Origin: Klebsormidium nitens
Lineage: Eukaryota > Plantae > Klebsormidiophyceae
Length of the DNA: 63,886 nucleotides
Reading direction: 5' to 3'
Assembly: GCA_000708835.1 (NCBI GenBank)
Contig: DF237473.1
Location: 1-63,886, forward strand
Shown: positions 21,991-35,100 of the stretch, one piece after another
Layout: the number at the start of each line of letters is the position of its first letter
Numbering within the stretch: position 1 is the first letter of the stretch
Notes under the pieces: generated by a model
What the model was told of the DNA's origin: nothing
Seen by the model: the letters and a program-made list of their open reading frames with translations, nothing else
Database searches by the model: none
Translations under genes and position numbers: made by a program

Positions 21991-24900
21991 TGCACATTTC
22001 TCTGTGCACTCTGCACGGGCTGGATGTACGGTATAACCTGCCGAGGTATGAACAGGTCACGGTATGATTGATGTCCCGGCCCCCACCACAAGTGACTCGT
22101 GAGTCGTGCTAGGTGGCTGGTGGAGGAGCTTCGGCTCACCGCCCGGTCCGGACTCCCGGGCAGTTCTACACTGTTCTAGCCGCCTGCTCAGCCTTGATTC
22201 CTCGCGCAAAATCAAAAACGTTGTCAATCAAAGCCCTCTGCAGTTACTATGCTTCCCGCTTAGGAGCCAATCGGAGGCTTGCATTAATCACATGGCTAAG
22301 CCATGACACTACAGATCCCGGAATAATCGGAAAAAGATCTGCAAAGTTGGGACGATCTTTCAAGGACTCGCTTTATCCAACGGTGCTGAAGCCTTCACCC
22401 GATTCTTGAGCAGAAAACAATTTTCAAAATCAGGCCACGTGGAAAAGTCGGAGCTCATCAAACAGGTTGCATGAATGCCATGTGGCACACATTGGCACAT
22501 AAAGAGGTGGTAAAGTAAAAGCAAACGTACCGTGCACGTCGCCGTTGAACGTGCAAGACAAATGATGATGCCATTCCTAAAGACATGGAATAAAAGTTCA
22601 CTGAGGTTCTTCTGAGTCAGGCTCGGCCATCGACAACTGGCAATGCACAGGATCCGTTACTAGGTACGTACAGAGTACAGACGAACAGAGGGCGGAGAGG
22701 GCGAACAGACCGCTGGTGCTGCAGCATTCATGCATTGGAGCATCGGCCCATTGTGTTGAGCGCCGAGTCCCATAGCTGGTGACTAGTAGACTAGCTGCGC
22801 AAAGCCGAAAGCCGAACCGTTCAGCAAGCGTTCAGCAGGAAGTCCGCGACGGAGACGTGTGCACGTTACAAGGAGAAAGTTGGAAAGTCACCACTGGCCT
22901 GAAAGCTACGGTATGTGTGAAGTTGTGAAGTGCATAACCTCGAGGTATGCTTCATGATTTGCGGAGGCCGGTACTCCAGTATGCTTCACAAATGCGGAGC
23001 TAGTGATGTAGGTAGTGAGCTACAGAGCTAGGCCCTCAAGATAACCAAGTATAACTCAAATCGTCAGTATCGTCCGACACCCCGCGGCTAGCTGCTTAGG
23101 CTAGGCAGCCCAATGATGGGATGTAGATGGAATGCCACCTTCTTGATCAGGCTACAATCGTTGAGATCTCAATAATTCTCATATTGCATGATAATTATGC
23201 TGCAATTATGCTGCATGATCAAATATATAACTTGCTCGGCATTCTGGCATTCAATAGCCTCGCCGTCGCCGGTATGTAATAATGTAAGGTAGAGCACAGG
23301 TAGAGTGGGACATCAGTGTGCATCGATGCATAAAAAGCGTCAAAACTATACATGATGCAATGATTGCTGAGTGGACAATATGTATTGGAAAACATACTTA
23401 GTAGCCGAAGTACGTATTCCATACATGCAATGAGCCACTGCATCGACGGCCCTTTGAGCCCCGTTTGAGCTTTCAGTTGCGCCCCCATTGCGCCAATATC
23501 ACGGGCTCATACTAATATATCATAATCAGCACATAATTAGTTGCCAGCGCCTAGCTTGCTTAGTTTGCTTGATGCACCTGGCACGATGCACTGCCCTTAA
23601 TGGCCCTCAGTGATTGCAGGTTATTCTCTTATTCGTTCCAACTAGTAGCTCTTGAATGTTGAGCATCTTCGGATTGTTCCCGATTCCCCGATTGTTTGCA
23701 CCCCGTTTGCACATTGAGCGCGTTGCAGCGTCGAGAGTCGATTCGACCGTCGAGAGCCAGACTCGAATTTGCCAGATACGGAGGCCGGATGAGGCCGCCA
23801 TCATAAAAGTGCGGCCGCCGGCCGCCTACACTGATCCTCATATCTCCTACAAACTCAGTCGCGATACAGAGTCGACGGTTGAACCATTGAACGGTTGTCA
23901 GCAGTAAGACTACGTCTCAAAAGCCAATTCATCATTATGAACGGTATTGTACGGTTAGGAGTATACTATCTCACACCTTGTATAGAGCTGACTCATAGTA
24001 CGTAGAGCTGCGCCGAGCCTGCCTGGCCATGCACCGGATCAGCGCTATCATTGGACAGCACTGGCATATTTTGCAATTTTGGACATGCAAGTCTTGAAGT
24101 CTATAGCCCCCGGGCCGGCCGCTTGCATTGATTGTGGCCGGGTCCGGTAAATAAGTTCGGATCAATCGCCGGCTGTATGCCAACGAAACTGTTAGAGTCT
24201 CGTATATATATACAATTGCTGCTATAGCCATCATGGCATATGACCGGGTTTTGACGTGAGTCTGGTCACGGACAGTGACCAACACTGACTCAAGTGACTA
24301 GATTGTATATACTAAATGCTCGATCGATGAGTTGATCGGAGCCGCCCGTGCCACTGCACGGTAATATGTGGCCCACTGACTTCAACATCTTCAATACGAT
24401 TGGACCGCCAGATTGGGCGGCCGCCAGCGCACTGCCTTTGACAATGATAACAATAGCATTAAAGCTATAAACTTCTGTAATTCGTACACTTGTATTTGCA
24501 TGGCTATATTAAGAGTTCCGACATTGTTTCATTGCTAGCCTAGGAGTTCTTGTTTTCAAAAGCTGTGATCACTCTTGCAATTGCAATCTCAAGAAGCTAC
24601 TTTGTAGAACAAGAATTTAAGCATTCAGGACTCAGAGACTGCATGGCCGGGGCGGCCCCGGGAGGGTCCGATAAGTCACACCCAAGATCCTCAACTTATT
24701 CGGTTGAGTTATGAGAAGCTGGCGCGGGGAAGGACCTCACTGTCATAATCCAGTCAAACACTGACAATGGCAGGCTGGCAGTACTCATTTGATTCGACCG
24801 CCAGCTACTCGCAAATAAGAATAAATTGCTTCTGGACCACTCGAGTTGCGACACAACACGATGCCAAGCTAACACATCAAGCATGCTTGATACGCACCAG

Positions 24901-25170
24901 CTGCATTTGTTTTCCAAGGGACAGTAAGACGTATGAACCAACCTGTATAATACATTGAGACCAGCTGAAATCTAGAATCGGAGTCGTTGAAAGCTCTGGG
25001 GATCCCAACTCAACGCTGTCGTTCTGCCTTGCTCTGCTCTACAGATCTATTCAATTCAGCAGTCACCTTTGTCAGTGGCGCTAGCTATCATTCTTCACCG
25101 GTCTCAAACACTCAGAAGATCAATTGTAGTTCGTCATCAACGCGCGGCGTGTGCATTTGTCACTGTGCGC

Positions 25171-28100
25171 TCACGGCTCTTGCTTCCCCTCTTCCCGCAT
25201 GGGGCTCATAGGTAGGAGCTTGTCGTCTTCAACGCCGCTGTACTCTCCGTTTGCCTTGCCGGCTTGCCTGAACAGTCGCCTCCATCCAAACCTCTCGTTC
25301 CATGAACTTGGCCCGTGCACCGTGGTCTCGATAGGTAGGCTATCCTTGTCGCCCTCCTTGATCTCCTTCTCCTTGTTGTCAGCAGCTTCCTAAAACAGTG
25401 AAACCATGCAAGTTGTTTACGTGCTCCATGACATGCACGTCTTCTTGTCGCATCACTGGCCGTTTTAGAAGCGGGGCAGAAAGGGACTGATGTCCAGACG
25501 CAGACAGAGCTAAGGTTTCCAAACTGGTCGTGCGATCCAGATCGTAGGTTCGAATAAGTGAAGCGTTCAGATGCACAGGTTGCAACAACGACGTGTCGCT
25601 AATGAACGGCCAAACAAATAGCCAAACGCCAAACTCGCTTTGAAATGTATCTTGATTTGCAGAAGCGGTCTGCTTATGATGAAGTTGACTCTTACAAACA
25701 GGGACCTAAGAATGGAAGGAAGGGAGCAGGAGCGACACAATTGTATCGAGGAAATAGAGATGTGGTTGTTCCCAAGCCAGGACCCACCCTCTCCTTCTTG
25801 ACCGCGCGCTCGTAAAGCACCCCCCCAAGGATGCACAGCAGCAGGGCGCCGATTCCCACCACGCTCGCGTGCTTGTCCCATATCATGATGTTAACGAGCA
25901 CCGTGATCAGCTTGTTCATCACGCCGAGGACTGTGAACGCGGTCGGGGAGAGCGCCTGGCGGCACGAGAAGCCGAAGTAGGAAATTGCGACGCCAAACAG
26001 GCACGACGCGACAATGGGCACGATTTGGGTCCACCACGCCTGCGAGTCTTGCGCGATGACTCCGCGGAATTCGCCCATTCCGTAGAGCACCGGGGGGGAG
26101 AGGAGGAACGCGGTGAGGTTGTTGTAGTAGACGAGGCCCCACGTGGGGAGCCCGATGTGCATGACCACGTGCTTGATGTAGATCATGTCGAACGTGATGA
26201 CGACCAGGTAAGCGAACGCCCACGAGTACGCGCGCACCTGTGAGATGACGTCAGCGAAGACGTCAGCAACCTGATGATGTGGAACGCGATGACGACCCGG
26301 TCTGCAAACCTTTACGAGCACGCGCGCACCTGTTGCCCGAGAGATGATGAGATGGCGTCAGCTCTGATGTCAGCAAAGTGGTTATGTCGAACGTAATGAC
26401 AAGCAGAATGTCGCTGACAATGCGTCCATGAAGGCCCCGTAAACAAAGGAGCAAGGCACTGACAAGTCGCAAAGAGACACAGGCAACGCCCCTGTGCCTG
26501 GAGTGTATGCGAAATTTGGGCCAGACACTAAAGAAATTCGAAGAAGCTCCAGACTCAGCAAACGGCAAAAAATCCTCTTAATCTGGGTGCAACACGTTCA
26601 AGCGCCGCTTGGACGTGAATTTAATGATCAGTAGCTCATCACTTCAAAGAGCGACCTCCGAACGAGCCTTCGAAGGACTGCAGTTCACTAAACTCGAGAC
26701 GCCATTTATCAGATTTCTGGGAGGAGGCGGCCGACTCTGGAACCGTAGAATTGAAGCGCAGTCACTGCTTGCACCGCACCCAATCGGATCCGAGCTGTTC
26801 CCCCAAACAAAGAGTCAGTCATTATGCACTGACTGCCCCCACGAAGCCGGATTGCAGATGACTTCAGCGTAGTCGAAAGGCTCTCCAAACGCGTGAACAA
26901 AACGGATTAGGTATCGGAAGTAAAGACGAGCTCTGCACCAAACGGGTATCAAAGGTAGTCCCTCGCCGTGACTTCTCAGTAAGCCATGTAGGCTTGCTTC
27001 GAAGCCGTCACTCTAAGCAGGTCATCCACCGCTGACGTCAAGTCCGCCGACTCGTAGATGGTTCCCTGAAATTACTGATGGGTTCCCAACTACGTTCGAA
27101 GTACACAGCATGTGCTTAGAGCGATCCAGGCAAAGACAGACTCATACAAGAAGGCAAGGACTCATCCGAGCAGACACGAAATTGGAAAGCGTTGTCTGTG
27201 TTGCTTGTCTTGAAGATAGGTTTGATCCCTCACCATGAAACCGAGTCCGAAAACGCAATCCAAATCCTTGCCGTAAATACCGAGTCCTTCGATATGTACG
27301 GGAATCCCCTCATCAATATGACCCCCAGACTACCGGTCTGAAGTCGGAGTTAAGAATGCTCGTGATCGTTTGGGCACAGACTCAAAAGCGTACCTTCAAG
27401 ATGCTTACTTTCATATCGTGGACTTCGTCCACCGTTAGTCTCACCGTGAATGCAGAGTCCGTTATCATGTACGGGAGTGCCCTGAAACGAAGACCCCCAG
27501 GCTACCATTTTGAAGTCAAATTCAGAATCCTCGAGATTTTTCGGGCAGGCCCGGACTCAAAAGCGTACTTACAAGAGGCTTACTTTTATATCGTGGACTT
27601 TTTCCAAGCGTTATTCTCACCGTGAATGCTGAGTCGATTATCATGTACGTAATCGCCCCATGAAGATGACCCCCAGACTATTGCTCTGAAGTCAGAGGTT
27701 CAAAATGCTCATAATTGGTTGGGTGTACACAGACTCAAAAGCGTACTTACAGGATGCTTACTTCCGCTATATTGACTATTTCCAACCGCTACTCACCGTG
27801 AATGCAGAGTCCGTGATCATGTACGTGATGGCCCCCATGAAGATGACCCCCAGGCTCGCAAACGCCGGGAGGCTGGGCCACGCCCGGCCGGTAAACAGCG
27901 AGTCACAGATGGCCACGAGGATCGGCGTCGAGCTCCGGAACACTATGAACGTCTCCACGTTTGCGTACTGGAGTGGACGCAAAAGGTGGTGTCAATATAA
28001 AAGTGCCCTTCAGCTGTCAACACTCTGTACTTTGCATAGGTTTGCAACACTCTGAACGTCTCGACACTTGCGTACTGGAATGGCAGCCGACGACGGTGTC

Positions 28101-30247
28101 AAGATTGGTGTGCGTTCAGGCGATAAACACCCTAAGCACCTGCGTTGCCAAGAGAAATGGACAGAAAGATAAAGGATTCAGCTTGCGGAAGAGCTTCAAG
28201 TTCCGGTATACTCGGATTTGGCATCCTGCAGTCCGAAGAAAATTGTGGAGTCAACATAAAATGTGACTATGTCCCAGCGAAAAAGCAGGTCTCCCTTCTG
28301 AGACCTGCACTGATTAGAAACTTTTGCGTGAGTTCCGAGTGATCAAATAAATGATTTGCTTCGAAACAACACAATGGCCACTAGGTTCTGCAGCCGGTCC
28401 TTAAAGCCGACATGGTCGAGAGAACAAGACGTGGAATAGAAACGAGAACAATTGCTGCTGACGCTCTTTTCGGTTTTGAGTAACGTTTCGATCAGAAAGT
28501 GGGTAAAGAGCTCTCGAGCCAGACTCAGCAGATGCGGTATGGCTGTTTGTATGCTTTTGATGGAATCGCTTTAGAAAATCGAGACCAACAGGTGGAAGAA
28601 AGGAAACTGGAGGATCTCGATGTGCAAGGGTATGCAGATAAAGTAGGTGACCGGTGCAGGAAAGAAGGCTTCAAAGCGCCTCGGGGAGAGCGTGACTGTT
28701 CTGTGGAACTGGGACTCTGAAAGAGAAGGCGTTGACAGGCTATCATCGTAGCTAGGGTATCGTGGTTATTGTGAAAGAGCAGATGATTCAGGTCAGAAAC
28801 GCAGGGTAAAAGGATTGGAAATTTGTTTTGGGAACGAGAATCCTCATTGTTGAGACAGGAACCTGACTTCTCTGAGAATGAAAGAAGTCACAGGCTGCGT
28901 TTTTACCTGGAGGATCTTCGTATTGGTGAATATGCAGATGAAGTAGGTGAGTGCCGCAGGGAAGAAGGCCTTGAAGGTGCCCCATGAGAACCAGCTGGAG
29001 TCGCCAAGGACCCCTTTCACGCTCCCTTCGCTCTTTGGCTGAATCACAGCTTTGGTGACCACAAAGAGGACAGAGCAAAGGTATTGGAGCATCTGCAAAA
29101 TGAACGAAGCAGTCAGGTAACAGTCAAGTTCCAGACTGTAGCTGCCGAGAGTTTCTTGAGGCAAGGGTAAAAAGGGATGTATCACAAACGTAGGATCAGC
29201 TCAGGGAGTAGATACCAGGACAGCGACTGGCAACTGATCCAGAGAATGAAACAAGGAAAAAAGATCGAGACAGATGCAGGCATCTCAAAGGAGGAAGTGC
29301 AGATGTGAGGACTGGTGATGACGTGGATTATGTTCAGTATCCTATAGCCGAATGTTTACGATCATTTCAGGTCATCAATTGCAAAGCCTTCTGCAAAACT
29401 CAGTATGGCAAAGTACTACTGACTCCCCTTGAACAGACTGGCGAAAATGAAGTAAATATTGTTGCTCTGCACACTCGCTACAGTTGCGTAGAAGGTTTGA
29501 AGTACTAGTTTAGGCAGGCCTTCTGACCACTTGACTTGTTGGTCAGAGAAACTTTGCTGAGAAGATTACGGATCCGAGCAAGAGCAGCAAAGCTCTGATT
29601 GAGACAACAATGAATCTCTTAACACAAGAACAGATTGAGATCCATGAACTCGGTACCACAAGAGCAGAATAAGTACACAATCTGGCCCAACGCGTTGTCT
29701 GTTCTCTGCATTTGATTGCCTCATATAAAAGCCTCTCAGAGAGTCTAAGTTTTTGAAGCCTAGAAAAAGTCAATCATCAATGTTTCTGCACAGATGGCAT
29801 ATGGCCCCTGAATCGACATGAATTGCCGGTTTAGTTGGTCTCAATGATTCAAAAAGCAACCTGAATATGCGAAGTATGGTACCTAAAGGTAGGTCAAAAA
29901 AAGTATCCGCATAAGCTGTAGCTTTGTCAAGCCAGAGCGGGACATCAGCTGGCAAGGTTCCCTACTTTGATGAAGCATTCTGGAACTATCAATCAGCTCT
30001 CCAGGTACTCTTATGGCCCGGAAGAGGTCAGAACCTTTACACCAAAGTGAATGACTTTTCAGGGTATTGCTTGAACCCCCACGAAATTGATTTCTCCATT
30101 CAGCAGAAAAGGGTTTTCACAATGCATGGGTCTCACCGTCAGGATTGCAGGATAAGGGAATGCAGTCACGGCCACCTTGTTGATGATGACCAGTATGGAC
30201 GACGATAATGTGTAGCCAGCAACAATGCCGGCCACTGGAACCCCCAT
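25171..30247 (-). CDS. Golgi GDP-sugar transporter, GONST3/GONST4 (GGLT1/GFT1) clade
   Basis: Exons 30247-30137, 29092-28907, 27967-27797, 26237-25788 and 25389-25171, all phase 0. Motifs: YTLSSSILVIINK, FTNTKILQYANVETFIVFRSSTP, TWGLVYYNN, FGVAISYFGFSCRQALSPTAFTVLGVMNK, IWDKHAS. Confidence 0.93.
26290..28720 (-). repeat. Echo stacks around the GDP-sugar transporter exons
   Basis: Copies of the exon-3 3' end and donor (gactcaaaagcgtac...caccgtgaatgc...gatgacccccag) at about 27260-27330, 27375-27500 and 27550-27680; acceptor copy at about 28055-28085; exon-2 tail copy at about 28610-28690; exon-4 acceptor copies at about 26315-26410. Confidence 0.85.
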
Positions 30248-32153
30248 CTTTCTGCTCGGTAGAGCGCACTTACGCAAACACCACAGCTACGAGGCGCAGA
30301 CCTTAGGCTCGTCAACGCAACCAATCTCCTGTCTGCTTACTTTATGCGTCGTTCAAAAATATTCATATCTCGAAGCAAAGCTGATACTTGGAGGATGAGT
30401 CTGTAGGAGTGGTGCTGAAAGGGCAGTCTATGCAGTAGCTTGATGGTGAAAGGAAACTTTCAGATCCCACAGCCTGGCTTGATGGATGGTCAATCACCAG
30501 GTTAATCAGCTGGGTTAATCACCTGTGCATTGATGCGCCAGAGATGGTTTCAACCTCATAACATTCATCTGCCTGCCCTTCTATATTATGGTCAGCATTA
30601 TGCCTGCTTTTTTAGATGCAGAGTTTGGCGGAGGATACAACTCCAATCGTTAAAAGCAACTACAGCCTACAGGATCATCTCCTCGCAGGGCCACTTTTCA
30701 TTTGACTGTCAGCATGACTCCAATGCAATCTGTACAAGCAGAATTATTCCAACAGCGCCCTGCTCGCTGAAACGTCCTCGGACTTTTGCCGTCCAATGTG
30801 GGGGAAGGGGCATCAGATCTCTGGTCAGAGAGACCTCTGGTAGACGGTTCGATCACGTAAAAGTGACCAGTGCTGAAATGGGATAAGACCGCAATATGCA
30901 ATGCTGCTTTCTAAATGGAAGCCCTGCTCAGGTGATCGAGTCGTCTTCGGAATGGAAGTTTGTTTCTTTGCATGATACCAGTGCTCGAAACTACCGGTAG
31001 TCCAAGAATTCGAAACGGCGAAACCCTTGAATGTTTATGGTTAGAAGAGAACCTTCTGACCGGTTTGACACTGGATTTGCCTATCTTATGGGCCGGAGAA
31101 ATATGCTACCGGGCACTCCTCTGCTGACTGTGCGGTGCCCGGCTCAACTCCTACCACCGAGCGCGGCAAATTAATTGAATCGACGCTACGGTACGCACCG
31201 GGAGTCAGTCGGGGGTTCGCTTTAGGCTCTGCGTCGATGGGACTTGGATCCAACCATTACCGCTCTCTGTGTCCTACATACCGTTGTTTTCCTCGGGCCG
31301 GGGTGGTCATGGGTCAACCAGATCAATATTTAGTCAACGGGGTCAGATCGCTCTGCACGGGACCGCCTAGAGATCTTTGTAACAGATCTAAACCCAGGGG
31401 AAGCGTTTGACACTATAGTAAGTAAAAGAGCCTATTTAAACCATCTCTTTACCGGGAGGAGTTTGGATTCCAACCACCCCTAGTTGGAACCTTGCAGTTG
31501 CCCCACGCGCATTTTTCGGCGGCGGGCATCATGGCGCTGCACAGAGCACGGCAGCAGCTAAAACAAGAAGCGCGAAAACAGCTGAAATGGTCACTGCAAG
31601 CTGAGCAGGTGATAAAGATGATGAGTTCAATGGCAAAAGCACTTGCTCGAGCTTCAAATATTAGCTCCTGCGGTCAGTACAAGGGCCCCTCACATTCACA
31701 GGGAGCTGAGACAAAGAGGGAGGCAGTTTGAGCTGGGATCGCGCTTGTGCGGAACCCTAAGCAACGGATCTTCGATTCAAGCAGCATTTTGAACGCATAG
31801 AAGCTCCAAATTTAGGATCTTGACGGAAGGTTTTGCTGTTGCGCACACTTTGCTCAGGGATGGTGTTCTCGCTCAGCTGCATTGATGGGCTGCCTGCTCA
31901 CTTGAATACAAAGTGCCTTTCTGATTGTTGATCTTAGGCCAATCCTGATTTACTACAGCTAGGTCCAAGGTTTCAAGTGCCTCGAAGTGAGGCCCCTGGA
32001 TCACAGTCGACCTCTAACTTTCATCAGCATTCATTCTGCCCTACTCCAGTCACATCATACACTCCATCTAGTCCACTTCTGTCAGATTCTACACTTAAGG
32101 TCTACTTGAGGGGACCATAAAGGCACCGCTCGCGGAAGTTTCTCGCAACTAGT

Positions 32154-35100
32154 ATGAGGAAGCTCAAAACACGGGCGCCCGCCCTGCCGGCCGTCGCAGT
32201 GTGCCTCCTCATCTTCCTCATACTGCTCGAGATCTTCCGTTTCATTCAACCATCCCCCCCGACGACGATCTATGCCGTCTCAGGACGCGCAACCTTCTTC
32301 TCCGACCTCGATTTCGTCGAGCTGGATACTGCTCGGCATAATGTAACTAGGAGCGAGTGGAAATCGGATCACAAGGACCTCTACCACAAGCATCCGTGGA
32401 AGATCCAAGCAGAGTTTCTGCACGAGCGGGTGCGGAAAGCGGGGCTGCCACTGGTGCAGGTAAGATCTTCATCCTTCTTGACTCGAGTTCCTGGTTCCTT
32501 CTTTCCTTTGTCATGTTTCTTGTTCATTCCTTCTTGCTTTTCGAACCTCATCTTTGTATTCCTTCTACTTTGATTGTTTTGGTGGTCAAGTGATTGAAGA
32601 TCTTGTCATTGAGGAAAAGGGTGGTGATTTCCCGTCAGTGGGGAGAGAGTGGTGGCTTTAGACGGCATATTACAGATTAGTCCGTACTGCAGGGGTTCTG
32701 ACATACCAATAATGTTGACTTTGCGTGTGTCATACCTTTTGGCAAGGAATCAGGCCCGTGTTCAAATGCAAACCCCGCAGCAGAGCCAAATACTTATGTC
32801 GTGTCACAAACCTACCAAGAAGTGGTCAACTCAACCAGTTTCAGTTATCAACGGCTGCTGTTTCTTTCACCCTTCTTTCCGGTGTAAAGAAACTGGCGGC
32901 GCCTTCCAGGAAGGACCATATGCAATGCCATCAGGGTGTAAAGAATGGCAGGATCCCTTTTAGGTTATCGAAGTACAAACTAGGCCATGGTCATGTGTTG
33001 CTACAGAGTACGGGGAGTTTTTATGAGCGCTGATTCATCTCAATGTCCAGACCTGTTTGCAAATCCTACCAAAAGACTTTGAGGGAGTTGATGTTAGACG
33101 AGGAATATGTAGGCTGTTGCAATGGTGATGTTTCGGACATTTGAACTGAGTGGTGCATCCAACACTTCTCCACTTTTCCAGCTAAGATGCACAATTGGCT
33201 GCAATTACTTGCGACTCCGTGAGCTTACCTGTGAGCTTTGTTTGTGCAGATCTCCCTCGAGCATCCGCGAGAACACTTCCCGACCCTGTTCTGTCACTAA
33301 TAAAGACTCCGCTGCAATCGATAATGTAACCGGTTCCTTCCACTCGTCTCGAACTCTTGGATGAAGCGGTGTCTTCCACAGGTCTCCCGGACATGTTTGG
33401 ATAACACTTTTCCGACTAAGATACATAATCTCGGCTGCAACCGGTCTCTACGAAACATCTTGTTGATGAACGCGAGCTGTCATTTGAACAGTTCTCCCCC
33501 GAAGATCCATGGGAAGATGTCATGACTCCGCTCTGCTAATTGCAGAGACTCTGCCGCACTTACTTATATGATTTGTCGTTCTTTTCACTGGTCTCAAAAC
33601 CCCCGACCGTGTCTCCCTCGTTCCTATCTTCGGATACCAATAATTACAATCTCGGCGGTATTCAGTCACTTAAAAAGGTCTTGTCAAGTAATGAGAGCTT
33701 TCGTTTGTGCAGGTGTCTCCCGAAGATCTTCGGAAAGAAGTCCAGAGCTTACTCTGTCAACTACAAAAGACACTGCTGTGATCACTTCCGCAAAGTGTCC
33801 TCCTTGTCACGCCTCTCGAACTCTTCAAGTAGAGAGTGTGTCCCCACTGCTCCCAATCTCCACTATTCACGATTCACTATACAGCTCAAACCCAGTTGGC
33901 CGCAACTAGTGAAGAAGGTTGTGAGCTTACGTTGACAAACGCGAGCTCTCCTCTCTGCAGTTCTCCCCGGAAGATCCACGGGAAGATGTTCCGACGCCGC
34001 TATGCCAGGCAAAGGACAAGACTCCGCTGCATTTACTCTTCAAATTTGTCGATTTTCACTGTTCAGCTCAAGTCCACTTGGCCGCAACTAGTGAAGAACG
34101 TTGTGAGCTTACGTTGACAAACGCGAGCTCTCCTCTCTGCAGTTCTCCCCGGAAGATCCACGGGAAGATGTTCCGACGCCGCTATGCCAAGCAACGGACA
34201 GGACTCCGCTGCTTTTACTCTTCAAATTTGTCGTTTTTCACTCGTCTTAAATCGTTCAACAGGGTAGTATATCTGGCGCTCTTCCCCCTCCGCTTTTTTG
34301 GCTACGACACACGCAGTGACGTAATGTCGGAATGTGTGTTGACAAACATCAGCTTTTCTTTGCGCAGTTCTCCCCCGAAGATCCACGGGAAGACGTCCCG
34401 ACGCCGCTATGCCAAGCAACGGACAAAGACTCGGCCGTAACCAATCTCAAAGTCGGCAGTTTCCAGCGAAAGGTGTACGACGTGTTTACGTTTTTGGACG
34501 AGTTGGACAGTCTGGAGATCCGGCTCCGGACGCTCGCGCCGGTCGTGGATAAGTTCGTGCTGATCATGTGCGAAAAGAGCTTCATGAACAACACCGTCGA
34601 GGTAGGCCGATCGAATATTTGTGGGTTTCCTGAGTTATTTCAGTCTCGATGGAACCGAGAGTAAACAGGTATGTGAAAAAACAAGCCAAAATCATTGGAG
34701 GAGTTTCGAAATTGGCTTCGGATGCTCGCGCCTGTGGTGGATAAAAGTGTGCTGATCACGTGCGAGAAGAGCGTATGACTAACACCGTCGAGGTGAGGGC
34801 CGCAGGAAAAGTTGATTGGTTTTCCAACGCTGCTCCTTCGGTGTTTCTGAAAAGAGGACTCTGGAGCATGAGTGACGGCTCCGAACGCTCGTGCCGGTAG
34901 TAGATAAGTTTCCGCTGCTCATGTGCGGAAAGAGCCTCATGAATATCACCGTCGAGGTGAGTCGAATCCTTGAGTTTCCCGAGTCTGCTTCGCTTTGGAG
35001 AGAATAGAGAAAGAAAGAGCGTTTGTCGAAGGAAGCCGAAACTGGACAAGGCGAAAAGAGCCTTATAAACAACATGGTCGAGGTGAGTGCCGAGGCAGAA

